Program-made: the position numbers and the translations under genes
DNA from: Clostridiales bacterium Firm_18
Lineage (GTDB): Bacteria > Bacillota > Clostridia > Monoglobales > Firm-18
Reading direction: 5' to 3'
Assembly (NCBI GenBank): GCA_001604215.1
Contig: LVAX01000092.1
Span: 3,027-67,026 of the forward strand
Length of the DNA: 64,000 nucleotides
Part shown: in pieces, positions 37,396-47,887 of the stretch
Position numbering within the stretch: the first letter of the stretch is position 1
Layout of the letters: each line of letters opens with the position of its first letter
The notes under the pieces: generated by a model
Seen by the model: the letters and a program-made list of their open reading frames with translations, nothing else
What the model was told of the DNA's origin: nothing
Database searches by the model: none

Positions 37396-37989
37396 ATGGC
37401 GGATATTATTGTTGTTTTGATAATAGCGGCAGCTGCCCTTATAGGGATGAGGGCCGGCTTTGTAAAGGCGGTGTTTCATCTTGGATATTACATAATTTCC
37501 GCGGCAGCGGCGTTTGCCTTGTACCCGATTCTTTCAAAGGCATTGGCGGCATCGCGCCTTGGAGGTTATATCCATGATAATATCATAATGCCGAGGGTTT
37601 CGGTGGACACCTCACAAATACGCATGCCAAACTTTATCCGACACGCGCTGACGGAGGGCATTGAAAACACAACCGAGGCGGTGGCGGCATCCCTTACCGA
37701 AATGGCGATAAATATTTTATGCTTTTTAGCGGTTTTTATAATTGTAAAATTCGGTTTAAAGCTAATTGTAAAGCTTTTAAACGGTGTGGCAAACCTGCCC
37801 TTGCTTTCCTTTTTCAACAAAGTGGGAGGGCTTGCGGTAGGCGCATTTAACGGGGTATTGATTGTTTATATTCTGCTTGCGATAGCCTCGGTATTTATGA
37901 CCGACAGGCTTTACGGGTTGGTTGAAGCGTCCACTTATGCAAAGATGATGTATAACAACAACATTATTTTAAAGTTTTTGTTTGGCTGA
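37396..37989 (+). CDS. cvpA: CvpA family membrane protein
   Basis: GGGAGG RBS before the Met at 37396 (MADIIVVLIIAAAALIGMRAGF...). Four TM helices typical of the colicin V production protein family. Confidence 0.75.
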   Translation: MADIIVVLIIAAAALIGMRAGFVKAVFHLGYYIISAAAAFALYPILSKALAASRLGGYIHDNIIMPRVSVDTSQIRMPNFIRHALTEGIENTTEAVAASLTEMAINILCFLAVFIIVKFGLKLIVKLLNGVANLPLLSFFNKVGGLAVGAFNGVLIVYILLAIASVFMTDRLYGLVEASTYAKMMYNNNIILKFLFG

Positions 37990-38049
37990 AGTTTTACCAT
38001 GAATTACAACAGGGAGTAAATTTTTAAGCCGGAAAGGAATGAAGTTTTT

Positions 38050-39711
38050 ATGAGAAGCAACGAAATAAAAAAAGGAATCGAAAAAACGCCCCACCGCTCT
38101 TTGCTCAAAGCACTGGGACTCACCGACGAGGAAATATCCCGCCCCTTAATCGGTGTGGTCAACAGTAAAAACGATATTGTTCCGGGACATATGCATTTGG
38201 ATATAATAGCCAAAGCGGTTATGGAAGGCATAAGGACGGCGGGGGGTGTTCCGCTGCAGTTCCCCGCAATAGGGGTGTGTGACGGTATCGCAATGGGGCA
38301 CAGGGGGATGAAATATTCCCTTGCTTCAAGGGAGCTTATTTGCGATGGAATCGAAGCAATGGCAGCCGCACATGCCTTTGACGCGCTTGTGCTTATACCC
38401 AATTGCGATAAAATCGTACCGGGCATGCTTATGGCCGCCGCGCGCATTAACATCCCGACGATAGTGATAAGCGGAGGCCCGATGCTTTCCGTTACGGACT
38501 CCGACGGCCGGTATATAGACCTTAACTCAACCTTTGAGGCGGTGGGCAGCTATAAGGCGGGAATTATGACGGAGGAAGAAGTAAAAAGCATTGAAGATAC
38601 CGCATGTCCCACCTGCGGCTCTTGCAGCGGGATGTTTACCGCCAATTCCATGAACTGCCTTACCGAGGCGATAGGAATGGGCCTGGGCGGAAACGGTACG
38701 GTGCCCGCCGTCTATTCCGAGAGAATACGCCTTGCCAAAAAGGCCGGGATGAAAATAATGATGCTTTTGGAAAAGGATATAAAACCGCGGGACATTATGA
38801 CGTATGACGCGTTTATCAATGCGCTTACCGTTGATATGGCGCTGGGCTGTTCCACCAATTCCATGCTCCATCTTCCCGCAATAGCGTATGAGGCGAGTGT
38901 GGAAATTAATCTTGACATAGCAAACGAAATATCCTCCAAGACGCCCAACCTGTGCAAGCTCGCTCCCGCCGGAGGGCATCATGTCCAGGATTTATACCTT
39001 GCGGGCGGCGTATATGCCGTTATGAAAGAGCTTACAAAGCAGGGTTTGATTAAAACCGATTGCATGACGGTAACGGGAGCGACAATAGGCGAAAACATTT
39101 CGGGCAGCGAAATCAAAAACCCCGACGTTATAAGAAGTGTTGACAATCCGTATTCAAAAACGGGGGGAATCGCCGTTCTGCGCGGCAATATCTGCCCCGA
39201 CGGCGCGGTAGTCAAGCGAAGCGCGGTTCATCCCGACATGCTTGTGAGAAGATGCACCGCAAAGGTTTTCGACAGTGAGGACGAAGCGATTGCCGCCATA
39301 TACGGCAAACAAATAAAAGCGGGCGATTGTGTGGTAATCCGTTACGAGGGGCCCAGAGGAGGCCCGGGAATGAGGGAAATGCTTTCACCGACTTCCGCGA
39401 TTTGCGGAATGGGCCTTGATAAAAGCGTGGCACTGCTGACGGACGGCAGGTTTTCCGGCGCGACAAGGGGCGCGGCTATCGGGCATATATCCCCGGAGGC
39501 CGCCACAGGCGGCAACATTGCACTTTTGCGCGACGGTGACATAATCGAAATCGATATCCCGGGCGGCAGGTTAAATGTCACGCTTTCGGATGAAGAACTG
39601 GAAAACAGAAGAAAAAGCCTTAAAATAAAAGAGCCCGAAATAAAAACAGGATACCTTGCGCGGTATGCCGGATTAGTGTCGTCTGCCGCTCAGGGCGCGG
39701 TGTTGAAGTAA
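38050..39711 (+). CDS. ilvD: dihydroxy-acid dehydratase
   Basis: 553 aa with IlvD/Edd motifs (CDKIVPGM, the Fe-S Cys residues [16 protein letters not shown], and TDGRFSG). Confidence 0.95.
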   Translation: MRSNEIKKGIEKTPHRSLLKALGLTDEEISRPLIGVVNSKNDIVPGHMHLDIIAKAVMEGIRTAGGVPLQFPAIGVCDGIAMGHRGMKYSLASRELICDGIEAMAAAHAFDALVLIPNCDKIVPGMLMAAARINIPTIVISGGPMLSVTDSDGRYIDLNSTFEAVGSYKAGIMTEEEVKSIEDTACPTCGSCSGMFTANSMNCLTEAIGMGLGGNGTVPAVYSERIRLAKKAGMKIMMLLEKDIKPRDIMTYDAFINALTVDMALGCSTNSMLHLPAIAYEASVEINLDIANEISSKTPNLCKLAPAGGHHVQDLYLAGGVYAVMKELTKQGLIKTDCMTVTGATIGENISGSEIKNPDVIRSVDNPYSKTGGIAVLRGNICPDGAVVKRSAVHPDMLVRRCTAKVFDSEDEAIAAIYGKQIKAGDCVVIRYEGPRGGPGMREMLSPTSAICGMGLDKSVALLTDGRFSGATRGAAIGHISPEAATGGNIALLRDGDIIEIDIPGGRLNVTLSDEELENRRKSLKIKEPEIKTGYLARYAGLVSSAAQGAVLK

Positions 39712-39744
39712 ATAAAATAATATTATTATATAGTTTTAGGAGGT

Positions 39745-41067
39745 ATGATATTGACTGCGGATGATTTAAAAACGAAATCGTTGGTAGAACTGCGTGAAAT
39801 AGCAAAAGAAAAAGGCATAAAGAGCATAACCAAATATAGAAAAAGCCAGCTTATAGAAATGCTTGCGCAAACGCAGGAGGAAAAGCCGGCTGCCATGGAA
39901 AGCGAAGATACGAACGGCAACGGCACCGCCGCCGATACGAGGGTCAGGACCGATACGGTGGAGGTGTCCGGAATACTGGAAGTGTGCGAAGACGGCTTTG
40001 GCTTTTTGCGGTGCGAAAATTACTTGTCGGGACAGAACGACGTGTATGTTTCGCCGACTTTAATCAGGCGGTTTCGCCTGAAAACAGGCGACGACATTAG
40101 CGGCATCGCAAGGCTGCAGCGTGAAAACGAGCGTTTTAAGGCAATGCTTTATGTAACAACGGTAAACGGCGACAGGCCGGATGTTTCGATACACAGGACA
40201 CCCTTTGAAAACCTAACGCCTATTTACCCGAATTACAGGCTTCATCTTGAAAGCAAGCGGACAAATTATGCAATGCGGCTGATAGACCTTATCGCACCTA
40301 TCGGCAAAGGCCAAAGGGGTATAATAGTGTCGCCGCCAAAGGCGGGAAAAACAACCCTTTTAAAGCAGATTGCAAACAGTATAGAGATAAACCATCCCGA
40401 AGCAAAGCTTATTGTTTTGCTTATCGATGAGCGTCCGGAAGAGGTTACCGATATGCGCCGCAGCATTAAGGGCGAGGTTATATTTTCAACCTTTGACGAG
40501 GAGCCGTCACACCATATCAAGGTTGCGGAAATGGTGCTGGAAAGGGCCATGAGGCTGGTGGAGCATAAAAAAGATGTTGTTATACTGCTCGACAGCATAA
40601 CAAGGCTTGCAAGGGCTTATAATCTGACAATAACCCCGACGGGCAGGACGTTGTCCGGCGGTTTGGACCCGGGGGCACTACACAAACCCAAAAAGTTTTT
40701 CGGGGCGGCAAGGAACATTGAAAAGGGCGGAAGCCTTACCATACTTGCAACCGCTCTTATTGAAACGGGCAGCAGGATGGACGAGGTTATATTCGAGGAA
40801 TTCAAAGGCACCGGCAACATGGAGGTACACCTTGACCGCAAGCTGCAGGAAAAAAGGATTTTCCCGGCAATAGACATAAACAAATCCGGCACGAGAAAAG
40901 AAGAACTGCTGCTTTCCCAAAAAGAGCTTGAAGCGGTATGGTGCATCAGAAAAGCGCTGAGCAACCATATGCCCGCAGAGGTCACCGAAACTCTTATTGC
41001 CAGGCTTGTCGCCACAAAGACAAACGCGGATTTCGTTGAAAGCATAAACAATATATACGGAAGGTAG
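39745..41067 (+). CDS. rho: transcription termination factor Rho
   Basis: 440 aa. N-terminal Rho_N (LVELREIAKEKGI), an RNA-binding cold-shock-like domain (GFGFLR) and Walker A GQRGIIVSPPKAGKTTLL. Confidence 0.95.
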   Translation: MILTADDLKTKSLVELREIAKEKGIKSITKYRKSQLIEMLAQTQEEKPAAMESEDTNGNGTAADTRVRTDTVEVSGILEVCEDGFGFLRCENYLSGQNDVYVSPTLIRRFRLKTGDDISGIARLQRENERFKAMLYVTTVNGDRPDVSIHRTPFENLTPIYPNYRLHLESKRTNYAMRLIDLIAPIGKGQRGIIVSPPKAGKTTLLKQIANSIEINHPEAKLIVLLIDERPEEVTDMRRSIKGEVIFSTFDEEPSHHIKVAEMVLERAMRLVEHKKDVVILLDSITRLARAYNLTITPTGRTLSGGLDPGALHKPKKFFGAARNIEKGGSLTILATALIETGSRMDEVIFEEFKGTGNMEVHLDRKLQEKRIFPAIDINKSGTRKEELLLSQKELEAVWCIRKALSNHMPAEVTETLIARLVATKTNADFVESINNIYGR

Positions 41068-41077
41068 TTTAAAAGCC

Positions 41078-41866
41078 ATGCGCAAAATCAATATTATCCT
41101 GATTTTTGTATTAATATTTATGTCGGCTACCGTTTTTTTAAAGTCATATACAAAAGAAAACGAGGCAGCGGCTTGTGTTCCGGTGTTGCTGTATCATAAC
41201 ATAGTGCCTGTCATCGAAAACGAAGACGTATTGCTCAATATAACACCGGAGCAGTTTGGCCTGCATATGAAGGCAATAAAAAATGCAGGCTTTAATACCA
41301 TTACATACCGCCAGTTTTATGACTTTGCCTTTAACGGGGGCTCCCTTCCCGAAAACCCGATAATAGTAACCTTTGATGACGGGTATAAAAGCAATTACAC
41401 GTATGCGTACCCGGTATTAAAAGAGCTTGGCATGAGAGCAACCATTTTTATCGTCACGTCAACCGTGGGGGCTACAGAGAACGTGAATTATCCTCATTTT
41501 TCATGGGAAGAAGCAAGTGAAATGGAAAAAAGCGGGGTAATGGAAATACAGTCCCATTCCCATTCGCACAAAGATATGGCAGATATGGATTACGCAGACG
41601 CGGTGCGTGAAATACGCCTGTCGAAATATTTGATAGAAACAAACTTAGGCAAAACATGCGATTTTTTTGCCTATCCGTACGGCGGTTACAATGATTTTAC
41701 CTTCAATGCCGCACAGCAGGCGGGCTACCTTCTGCAAAGCAAGGTAGGGAACCAGGGCAGCAACACAAAGGATACGCCGCCCGACCCGATGAAAAGGCTG
41801 ACGGTTTGCGGTGACATGACCGCGGAGGATGTTATACAAATGATTGAAAGCAATTTAGGGTTATAG
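41078..41866 (+). CDS. polysaccharide deacetylase (NodB homology domain) with signal/anchor
   Basis: 262 aa with NodB motifs TFDDGY and HSHSH. Confidence 0.85.
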   Translation: MRKINIILIFVLIFMSATVFLKSYTKENEAAACVPVLLYHNIVPVIENEDVLLNITPEQFGLHMKAIKNAGFNTITYRQFYDFAFNGGSLPENPIIVTFDDGYKSNYTYAYPVLKELGMRATIFIVTSTVGATENVNYPHFSWEEASEMEKSGVMEIQSHSHSHKDMADMDYADAVREIRLSKYLIETNLGKTCDFFAYPYGGYNDFTFNAAQQAGYLLQSKVGNQGSNTKDTPPDPMKRLTVCGDMTAEDVIQMIESNLGL

Positions 41867-41868
41867 GT

Positions 41869-43119
41869 CTATGCCTGTGAATAATCCTTTATAATATTTT
41901 CAATATTTTCGCCTTTATTAAGTCTTAACAGGGTGCTTTTGGCAGGGCAAAGCTTTTTTTCGGCCCGCTCAAAAAGCGGCTCAAGCAGCTTTTCCTCGCC
42001 TTTTTGCCGGAGCACCAGTCCCCGGCGGGCTATCTCGACAAATTCGGATAAAATATTGTTATTAACCGGCAATTCCCCGCCGTATATTACGGTGTTCCTA
42101 AGCTCGCGAACGCTCCGACCGGCAAAAAGGCCGCTCAGTAAATCATTAGCTTCATTTAGGTTATATAATATCCCGAGGGAAAAAGCGCTCGGCGCAAAGG
42201 CGTCGCTAACCGGCTGGGCGCAGTCGCTTCGTACCTCAAGCGTGCCCCTTGCGGTTATTTCGATGTTTCGAAAGGAAAGAAAATATTTAATGTCTTCATC
42301 GTTATCCCCGTTAAAATATTCCGGTAGCGCCACGGGGGCAAAGACCTTGTATTTGCCGTTTCTTATGCAGTTGAACATTTTCCTTTTTTTAAAGCTTGAA
42401 ATAATATCCCCGGTTGTTTTATACTCTTCGTCAACCTTTCCGGTGTTGGTATCCGGAAATGCGCTTGCCTCCCACAAATAGTCCCTGTAGCACAGTGTTT
42501 TATCGCCCCGGTCCCATGACGGCGAATTTGAAAACAGCATGGCGCGGATAAAGTCAAGGCGCGCAAATACCGTTGCCGCGAAGGGCAGCTCACCGAGCGG
42601 CAGGTCAAGATGTGTCTGGACAGAGGACAAATAAGCGGGGAAGTCGGGGAAATTGTGCTTTGCGGGAAAGGTATGCAGGTATTCGTCAACCATGTTATAA
42701 ACGGGGAAATTTACGTGGTGCTGCAGCGTATATTTTTTGTACGGGTTTGTACCCATGCCGGTAAGTATATGGTTATGCTTCAGGGCAAAAGAGTTTGCAT
42801 GAGTGAAATACCGGCAGAACCTTTCGGCAATGTCGCAAAGGCTTGGCCCGTAATTCATCGAAAACTCAAAATTGTTGTACGAATTGTCAAAGGACAAAAC
42901 ATCCCCCGCATCGTTTGAAATAAAAGCGTTTTTTCCGTCAATAGTTGTTTCTTCCGCTTTAAAGCCTTTTTCGAGGAACGAGTCTAAAAGGTTTTGCGCC
43001 ACAGTAAGCGAAACAGGCTTTTTTTCCATGTTAATAAGCGGGAACTCAAGCTCCACGCCGACATTTCCCTTTTGCTTATTCATAAAAGGCTTTAAAAAGT
43101 GGTTTTTGATAATATCCAA
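41869..43119 (-). CDS. glutamate--cysteine ligase family / carboxylate-amine ligase
   Basis: 416 aa with the N-terminal motif VGVELEFPL typical of GCS-type ligases. Confidence 0.6.
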   Translation of the reverse strand: MDIIKNHFLKPFMNKQKGNVGVELEFPLINMEKKPVSLTVAQNLLDSFLEKGFKAEETTIDGKNAFISNDAGDVLSFDNSYNNFEFSMNYGPSLCDIAERFCRYFTHANSFALKHNHILTGMGTNPYKKYTLQHHVNFPVYNMVDEYLHTFPAKHNFPDFPAYLSSVQTHLDLPLGELPFAATVFARLDFIRAMLFSNSPSWDRGDKTLCYRDYLWEASAFPDTNTGKVDEEYKTTGDIISSFKKRKMFNCIRNGKYKVFAPVALPEYFNGDNDEDIKYFLSFRNIEITARGTLEVRSDCAQPVSDAFAPSAFSLGILYNLNEANDLLSGLFAGRSVRELRNTVIYGGELPVNNNILSEFVEIARRGLVLRQKGEEKLLEPLFERAEKKLCPAKSTLLRLNKGENIENIIKDYSQA

Positions 43120-43187
43120 GCTAAATCCTCCGTGTAAATTGTGATATTGGGCATAAAAAGGCCGAGTCCCAATTATATGTTATGGTA

Positions 43188-44606
43188 TTATTTGACGGCG
43201 GGCAGGGTAAAGGAAAAGGTTGTCGCATTGCCGGAGCTTTCAAGCTCGATTTCCTCGCTGTGCTGGTTTAAAATGCTTTTTACTATAAACAGGCCGAGAC
43301 CGAAGCCGTCGCCCGGCTGCGTCCTGGATTTGTCCGATTTATAAAACCTTTCCCAAATATGCTTTTGGTCCTCCTCGGAAATAGGCTTGCCGCTGTTGGT
43401 GACGGAAAACAATATTTTTTCTCCCTTTTGTATTGATTTGATAATGATTTTCCCGTTGTCGTCAACAAACTTTGCCGCATTGTCGAGCAAGTTCATTATT
43501 ACCCTGTGTATTTCGTTTTTGTCCGCATAAACAAAGGTGTTTTCGTTTTCAAACTCAAAAATCACCTCTGCGTTTTTTTCGCGTATGCGTGCTTCAAGCG
43601 ACAGGATAACATCCCGGATCATCCCGTTGATATCGAAGGATGTTTTTTTAAGTGTTATTTTATTTTCCCCGCCGTATTTGGAAACGTCAAGGAAGGAGTT
43701 TACAAGGGTGGACAGCCGAAGCGTTTCGTTTCGCACAATTTCAAGATATTTGTTATGCTCTTCCGGCGGGATTGTACCGTCCAGTATTCCCTGGATAAAC
43801 CCGTTAATCGTTGTCATCGGCGTGCGCAGGTCGTGTGAAACGTTACCGATAAACGCCGTCCTGACCTTTTCGTGGTTTTCAATGGACCCTGCCATTGTAT
43901 TAAACGCCCTGCCCAGCTCCGCAAGCTCGTCTATATTGCTTATGTCAACCCGCCTTCCGTAATTGCCCTTGGCAAGGTCGTGGGCCGCTCTGCTGAGCGC
44001 CCGTATGGGCTTGATAATATTCTTGGAAATAATATAAGACAAAATAAAAGCCACAATCGATGATACCAGTATGGAAATCGCAAGCATGGAAAACAGGGCA
44101 TATCTGTCCCGGTACAGCTCGGGCACCGGAGAGTTAAAAAAAACTATGCCGTATACCTTTTTATTTATCATAACAGGTACCGCCACAGTAAAAATTTTTT
44201 GCCCGAATATGCTGTCAAACGGGCCTATTTTATATACGTTTTCGCCTTCCATTGCCGCCCCGAAGGCGTCAATGTTAATATTTTTGTTTACTATATACTT
44301 TTTTGCCGGAGTGGAAAAATTCACAACATTCCCCTTTGTGTCGGTAACAATTATGTGGGACTGGGTATTTTGCGCCACAAGGTCCATATTAAGCCTGTAA
44401 AAGCTTTCAAGCTGGGGACTGTAATTTTCGGACAGCGCCGCCGTCAGCTCGCTTATTCTTTCGGCGCTTTGAAGCATTGTGTGTTTTTTTGAAGAAATAA
44501 TATACCGGTCGATCAGCACAATATGTACACAGCCCAACACAAAAGCGCTTACCAGAATTATTGTTATACTAAGCCACATCAAGGGCGCAAATATGGTCTT
44601 TTTCAT
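43188..44606 (-). CDS. sensor histidine kinase (two TM helices, HAMP, HisKA, HATPase_c)
   Basis: 472 aa with H-box VSHDLRTPMT, N box NLLDNAAKF and G-box region GFGLGL. Confidence 0.9.
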   Translation of the reverse strand: MKKTIFAPLMWLSITIILVSAFVLGCVHIVLIDRYIISSKKHTMLQSAERISELTAALSENYSPQLESFYRLNMDLVAQNTQSHIIVTDTKGNVVNFSTPAKKYIVNKNINIDAFGAAMEGENVYKIGPFDSIFGQKIFTVAVPVMINKKVYGIVFFNSPVPELYRDRYALFSMLAISILVSSIVAFILSYIISKNIIKPIRALSRAAHDLAKGNYGRRVDISNIDELAELGRAFNTMAGSIENHEKVRTAFIGNVSHDLRTPMTTINGFIQGILDGTIPPEEHNKYLEIVRNETLRLSTLVNSFLDVSKYGGENKITLKKTSFDINGMIRDVILSLEARIREKNAEVIFEFENENTFVYADKNEIHRVIMNLLDNAAKFVDDNGKIIIKSIQKGEKILFSVTNSGKPISEEDQKHIWERFYKSDKSRTQPGDGFGLGLFIVKSILNQHSEEIELESSGNATTFSFTLPAVK

Positions 44607-44630
44607 AAGGCAACCTGCCTTTCGGAAGAA

Positions 44631-45317
44631 TTATTTTACTTCGAACTTATAACCTATGCCCCATACCGTTTTAAGCTCCCACTTGTCGCTTGCCCCTTCG
44701 ATTTTTTCCCTTATCCGTTTAACATGGACGTCCACCGTTCGGGTGTCGCCGTAAAATTCAAAGCCCCACACCTCGTTTAAAAGCTTGTCGCGGGAGAATG
44801 CTTTGTTCGGGTTGGATGAAAGGAAGTATAAAAGCTCAAGTTCTTTCGGGGGTATTTCAACCGCTTTTCCCTTTACCGTCAGCTCGTGGTTGACTATGTC
44901 TATCTTAATGTTCTCATACTCCACAACCGCCTTTATCTCTTCGTCCGCGGAATTGTATCTTCTGAGCACTGCCCTTATTCGTGCAATCAGCTCTTTCATT
45001 TCAAAGGGCTTTACTATATAATCGTCCGCGCCGAGCTCAAGCCCCATAACCTTGTCATACGTTTCGCCTTTTGCGGTAAGCATGATTATCGGCACCTTCG
45101 ACATGTTCCGGATATTCCTGCATACCTGCCAGCCGTCTGTACCCGGCAGCATTATATCCAAAATAACCACCGAAGGAGAATGGGCGGCAAACAATTCAAT
45201 TGCCTTAACCCCGTTATGCGCGATTAATACTTCAAAACCTTCCTTAGTCAGATAAAGACGCAACAGTTCGCATATATTTGCGTCATCATCCACCGCTAAA
45301 ATTTTAGTTTTTGACAT
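44631..45317 (-). CDS. OmpR/PhoB family response regulator
   Basis: Receiver (ILAVDDD...DIMLPGTDGW...LTAKG) plus a winged helix (TRTVDVHVKRIREKI). The second ATG at 45317 has better spacing to the GGGGGA RBS than 45323. Confidence 0.9.
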   Translation of the reverse strand: MSKTKILAVDDDANICELLRLYLTKEGFEVLIAHNGVKAIELFAAHSPSVVILDIMLPGTDGWQVCRNIRNMSKVPIIMLTAKGETYDKVMGLELGADDYIVKPFEMKELIARIRAVLRRYNSADEEIKAVVEYENIKIDIVNHELTVKGKAVEIPPKELELLYFLSSNPNKAFSRDKLLNEVWGFEFYGDTRTVDVHVKRIREKIEGASDKWELKTVWGIGYKFEVK

Positions 45318-45337
45318 GTACATTCCCCCTTTGATTA

Positions 45338-45666
45338 TGAGCGTAAGAGCGTAAGAGCTGAAGAGCCTAAGAGCTCAAGAGCTGAAGAGCTTAAGAGCGT
45401 AAGAGCTTAAGAGCCTCCGCTTTTCCGCCTTTTAGCTATTCAGCCTTTCCGCTTTTCCGCTTTTTAGCTTTTTAGCTTTTTAGCTATTCCGCTTTTTAGC
45501 TATTCAGCTTTTTAGCTTTTCCGCTTTTCCGCTTTTCAGCCTTTCAGCTTTTCAGCCTTTCAGCTTTTCAGCTATTCAGCTTTTCAGCTATTCAGCTTTT
45601 CAGCTATTCAGCTTTTCCGCTCTTCAGCTTTTCCGCTTTTCCGCTCGTCCGCTATTCCGCTTCTAC
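45338..45666. repeat. 8-bp tandem repeat array B1: about 9.5 NNAAGAGC units, then about 31 GCTNTTNN units
   Basis: Read directly. GTAAGAGC GTAAGAGC TGAAGAGC CTAAGAGC TCAAGAGC ... up to 45414, then GCTTTTCC GCCTTTTA GCTATTCA ... to about 45666. The last units supply the final codons and stop of copZ. Confidence 0.95.
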
Positions 45667-45870
45667 TTCATACCCTGCTTCGTTTATTCCTTCTTTAATC
45701 TGTTCGAGGTTTGTGCCCGTGCTGTCATAATCCACCGAAACGGTGCCTTCGTCAACGCTTACGCTTACGGACATCACGCCGGGTATTTTATCCAGTTCCT
45801 TTTTCACCGCTTTGGCACAATGCTCGCAGCTCATGCCTCTTACTTGTATATTTGCCGTTTCTTTTGCCAT
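45652..45870 (-). CDS. copZ: heavy-metal-associated domain copper chaperone
   Basis: 72 aa with the metal-binding motif GMSCEHC in a ferredoxin-like HMA fold pattern. Confidence 0.85.
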   Translation of the reverse strand: MAKETANIQVRGMSCEHCAKAVKKELDKIPGVMSVSVSVDEGTVSVDYDSTGTNLEQIKEGINEAGYEVEAE

Positions 45871-45906
45871 TTGTTATCACAGTCCTTTGGTTTTTTGTTT
45901 AATAGA

Positions 45907-45954
45907 TGAAGAGCTGAAAAGCTGAAGAGCTCAAGAGCTTCCGCTCTTCCGCTC
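45907..45954. repeat. 8-bp tandem repeat array B2 (4 forward plus 2 reverse units)
   Basis: TGAAGAGC TGAAAAGC TGAAGAGC TCAAGAGC TTCCGCTC TTCCGCTC, in the divergent copZ/asnB intergenic region. Confidence 0.9.
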
Positions 45955-46043
45955 ATTATCTTTCCCTCTTTCACGCAATATTATATAATATTTTCCGCAA
46001 TATATCAATATATATTAGTGTAGAATAGTTGGGAGGGTGAAAA

Positions 46044-47885
46044 ATGTGCGGAATTGTAGGATATATTGATTTCGAAAACGATGTCTCGGGCGAGATGGAA
46101 ATAATAAACGAGATGAAGGATATGTTAAAGCACAGGGGGCCCGATTCATCCGGGGTATGGCTGTGCAACGAGGCGGCCATAGGCCACACGCGCCTTGCCG
46201 TAATCGACATCGAGGGGGGCGCCCAGCCGATGGTCAGGACAGAGGGGGAGGACAAATACGTTATAACATATAACGGGGAGCTTTACAACACAAACGAACT
46301 CCGGTACGAACTGGAGTATATGGGGCATAATTTTTATACCCGCTCGGATACGGAGGTTGTACTGGCAAGCTATATCCAATGGGGGGACGGCTGCCTGTCC
46401 CGGCTAAACGGCATATATGCCTTCGGCGTGTGGGACGACGGCAAAAAAACGCTTTTTTTGGGCCGCGACAGGTTCGGGGTAAAGCCTTTGTTTTATACCC
46501 TATGCAAAGGCAAGCTTATTTTCGCTTCCGAGATTAAAGCCATACTTGCGCATCCCAATGTGGAAGCGGTGATAGACAAAAACGGAATTGCGGAGGTGTT
46601 CGGGCTCGGTCCCGCCCGCACCCCCGGCATCGGCGTGTTTAAGGACATATACGAGCTGAAGCCGGCCCACTTTATGCGCTATAACAAAACGGGAATGAGC
46701 ATAAGAAGGTATTGGGAGCTTGCAAGCGAGGAACATTCCGACAACCTTTCCAATACCGCGGAAAAAGTAAGGTATTTGGTCAGGGATTCAATTACAAAAC
46801 AGCTTGTGTCGGATGTCCCGCTTTGCACCTTTTTATCGGGCGGGCTTGATTCGAGCGCCATAACCGCAATCGCGGCAAACCAATACGTTTTTGAAAAAGG
46901 GGTGCGCATAGATTCGTATTCCTTTGATTACAAGGATAACGACAAGTTTTTCAAGCGCAGCATATTCCAGCCCGACACCGATAAAATGTGGATTGACATA
47001 ATGAGCATCGAAACGTCCTCAAGACACAAATACCTTGTGGCGGATGTTGATTCTGTGGTAAACGGTCTGGAAGCGGCGGTTTATGCCCGCGACCTGCCCG
47101 GCATGGCGGATGTGGATTCGTCACTGCTGTATTTTTGCTCTTTGGTTAAAAAACGCCATACCGTTGCCCTGTCGGGCGAATGCGCCGACGAGATTTTCGG
47201 CGGCTACCCGTGGTTCCACTCACAAAAGGCGTTTGAAACCCAAATGTTCCCGTGGATGAATTCCCTCCCGCAGCGTGTGGCTTTGTTAAATCCGGATATG
47301 GCGTTTTATACCGACTTGGAGGGATATGTGAAAAAAAGATATATCGAAACGGTTGAAAAAACACCCAGGCTGCAAGGCGAGAACCAGCATGAGGCACGCA
47401 GGAGGGAGCTGTTTTATTTAAATATTGTATGGTTTATGTCGCTGCTTTTGGAGCGCAAGGACAGAATGAGCATGGCAAGCGGACTGGAGGTCAGGGTTCC
47501 GTTTTGCGACCACCGCCTTGCCGAATATGTCTGGAACATACCGTGGAATATGAAGTCGCTCGGAGGAAGGGAAAAGGGCATTTTAAGGCTTGCAATGAAG
47601 GGTATATTGCCGGATGTGATAATCGAGCGCAAAAAGAACCCGTACCCGAAAACCTATAACCCCGGGTATGAATTTAAAGTAAAGGAGATTTTAAATGAGA
47701 TACTTGCTGATAATAATTCGCCGCTGCTGGAGATAATAAACAAGGAATATGTAATGCAACTGATGAGCGGGACAAACGACAATTCCGCGCCCTTTTTCGG
47801 CCAGCTTATGTGTATGCCCCAGTTGTTCGCGTATCTAATACAGGTGAATATGTGGCTGAGAAATTATAGGATATCGATTAGGTGA
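46044..47885 (+). CDS. asnB: asparagine synthase (glutamine-hydrolysing)
   Basis: 613 aa. N-terminal nucleophile MCGIVGY (class II GATase) and the synthetase-domain PP-loop SGGLDSS. Confidence 0.9.
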   Translation: MCGIVGYIDFENDVSGEMEIINEMKDMLKHRGPDSSGVWLCNEAAIGHTRLAVIDIEGGAQPMVRTEGEDKYVITYNGELYNTNELRYELEYMGHNFYTRSDTEVVLASYIQWGDGCLSRLNGIYAFGVWDDGKKTLFLGRDRFGVKPLFYTLCKGKLIFASEIKAILAHPNVEAVIDKNGIAEVFGLGPARTPGIGVFKDIYELKPAHFMRYNKTGMSIRRYWELASEEHSDNLSNTAEKVRYLVRDSITKQLVSDVPLCTFLSGGLDSSAITAIAANQYVFEKGVRIDSYSFDYKDNDKFFKRSIFQPDTDKMWIDIMSIETSSRHKYLVADVDSVVNGLEAAVYARDLPGMADVDSSLLYFCSLVKKRHTVALSGECADEIFGGYPWFHSQKAFETQMFPWMNSLPQRVALLNPDMAFYTDLEGYVKKRYIETVEKTPRLQGENQHEARRRELFYLNIVWFMSLLLERKDRMSMASGLEVRVPFCDHRLAEYVWNIPWNMKSLGGREKGILRLAMKGILPDVIIERKKNPYPKTYNPGYEFKVKEILNEILADNNSPLLEIINKEYVMQLMSGTNDNSAPFFGQLMCMPQLFAYLIQVNMWLRNYRISIR

Positions 47886-47887
47886 GA

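Noticed and set aside
45338-45666. Possible CRISPR array, given the many short direct repeats
   Set aside because: The units are contiguous 8-mers with no spacers. The repeat length is far below CRISPR repeats, there are no cas genes in the window, and forward and reverse-complement blocks abut each other.
45652-45870. A copper resistance operon around copZ
   Set aside because: There is no CopA-type P-type ATPase and no CsoR/CopY regulator adjacent. Only the 72-aa chaperone is present, isolated between repeat arrays, so no operon-level claim is made.
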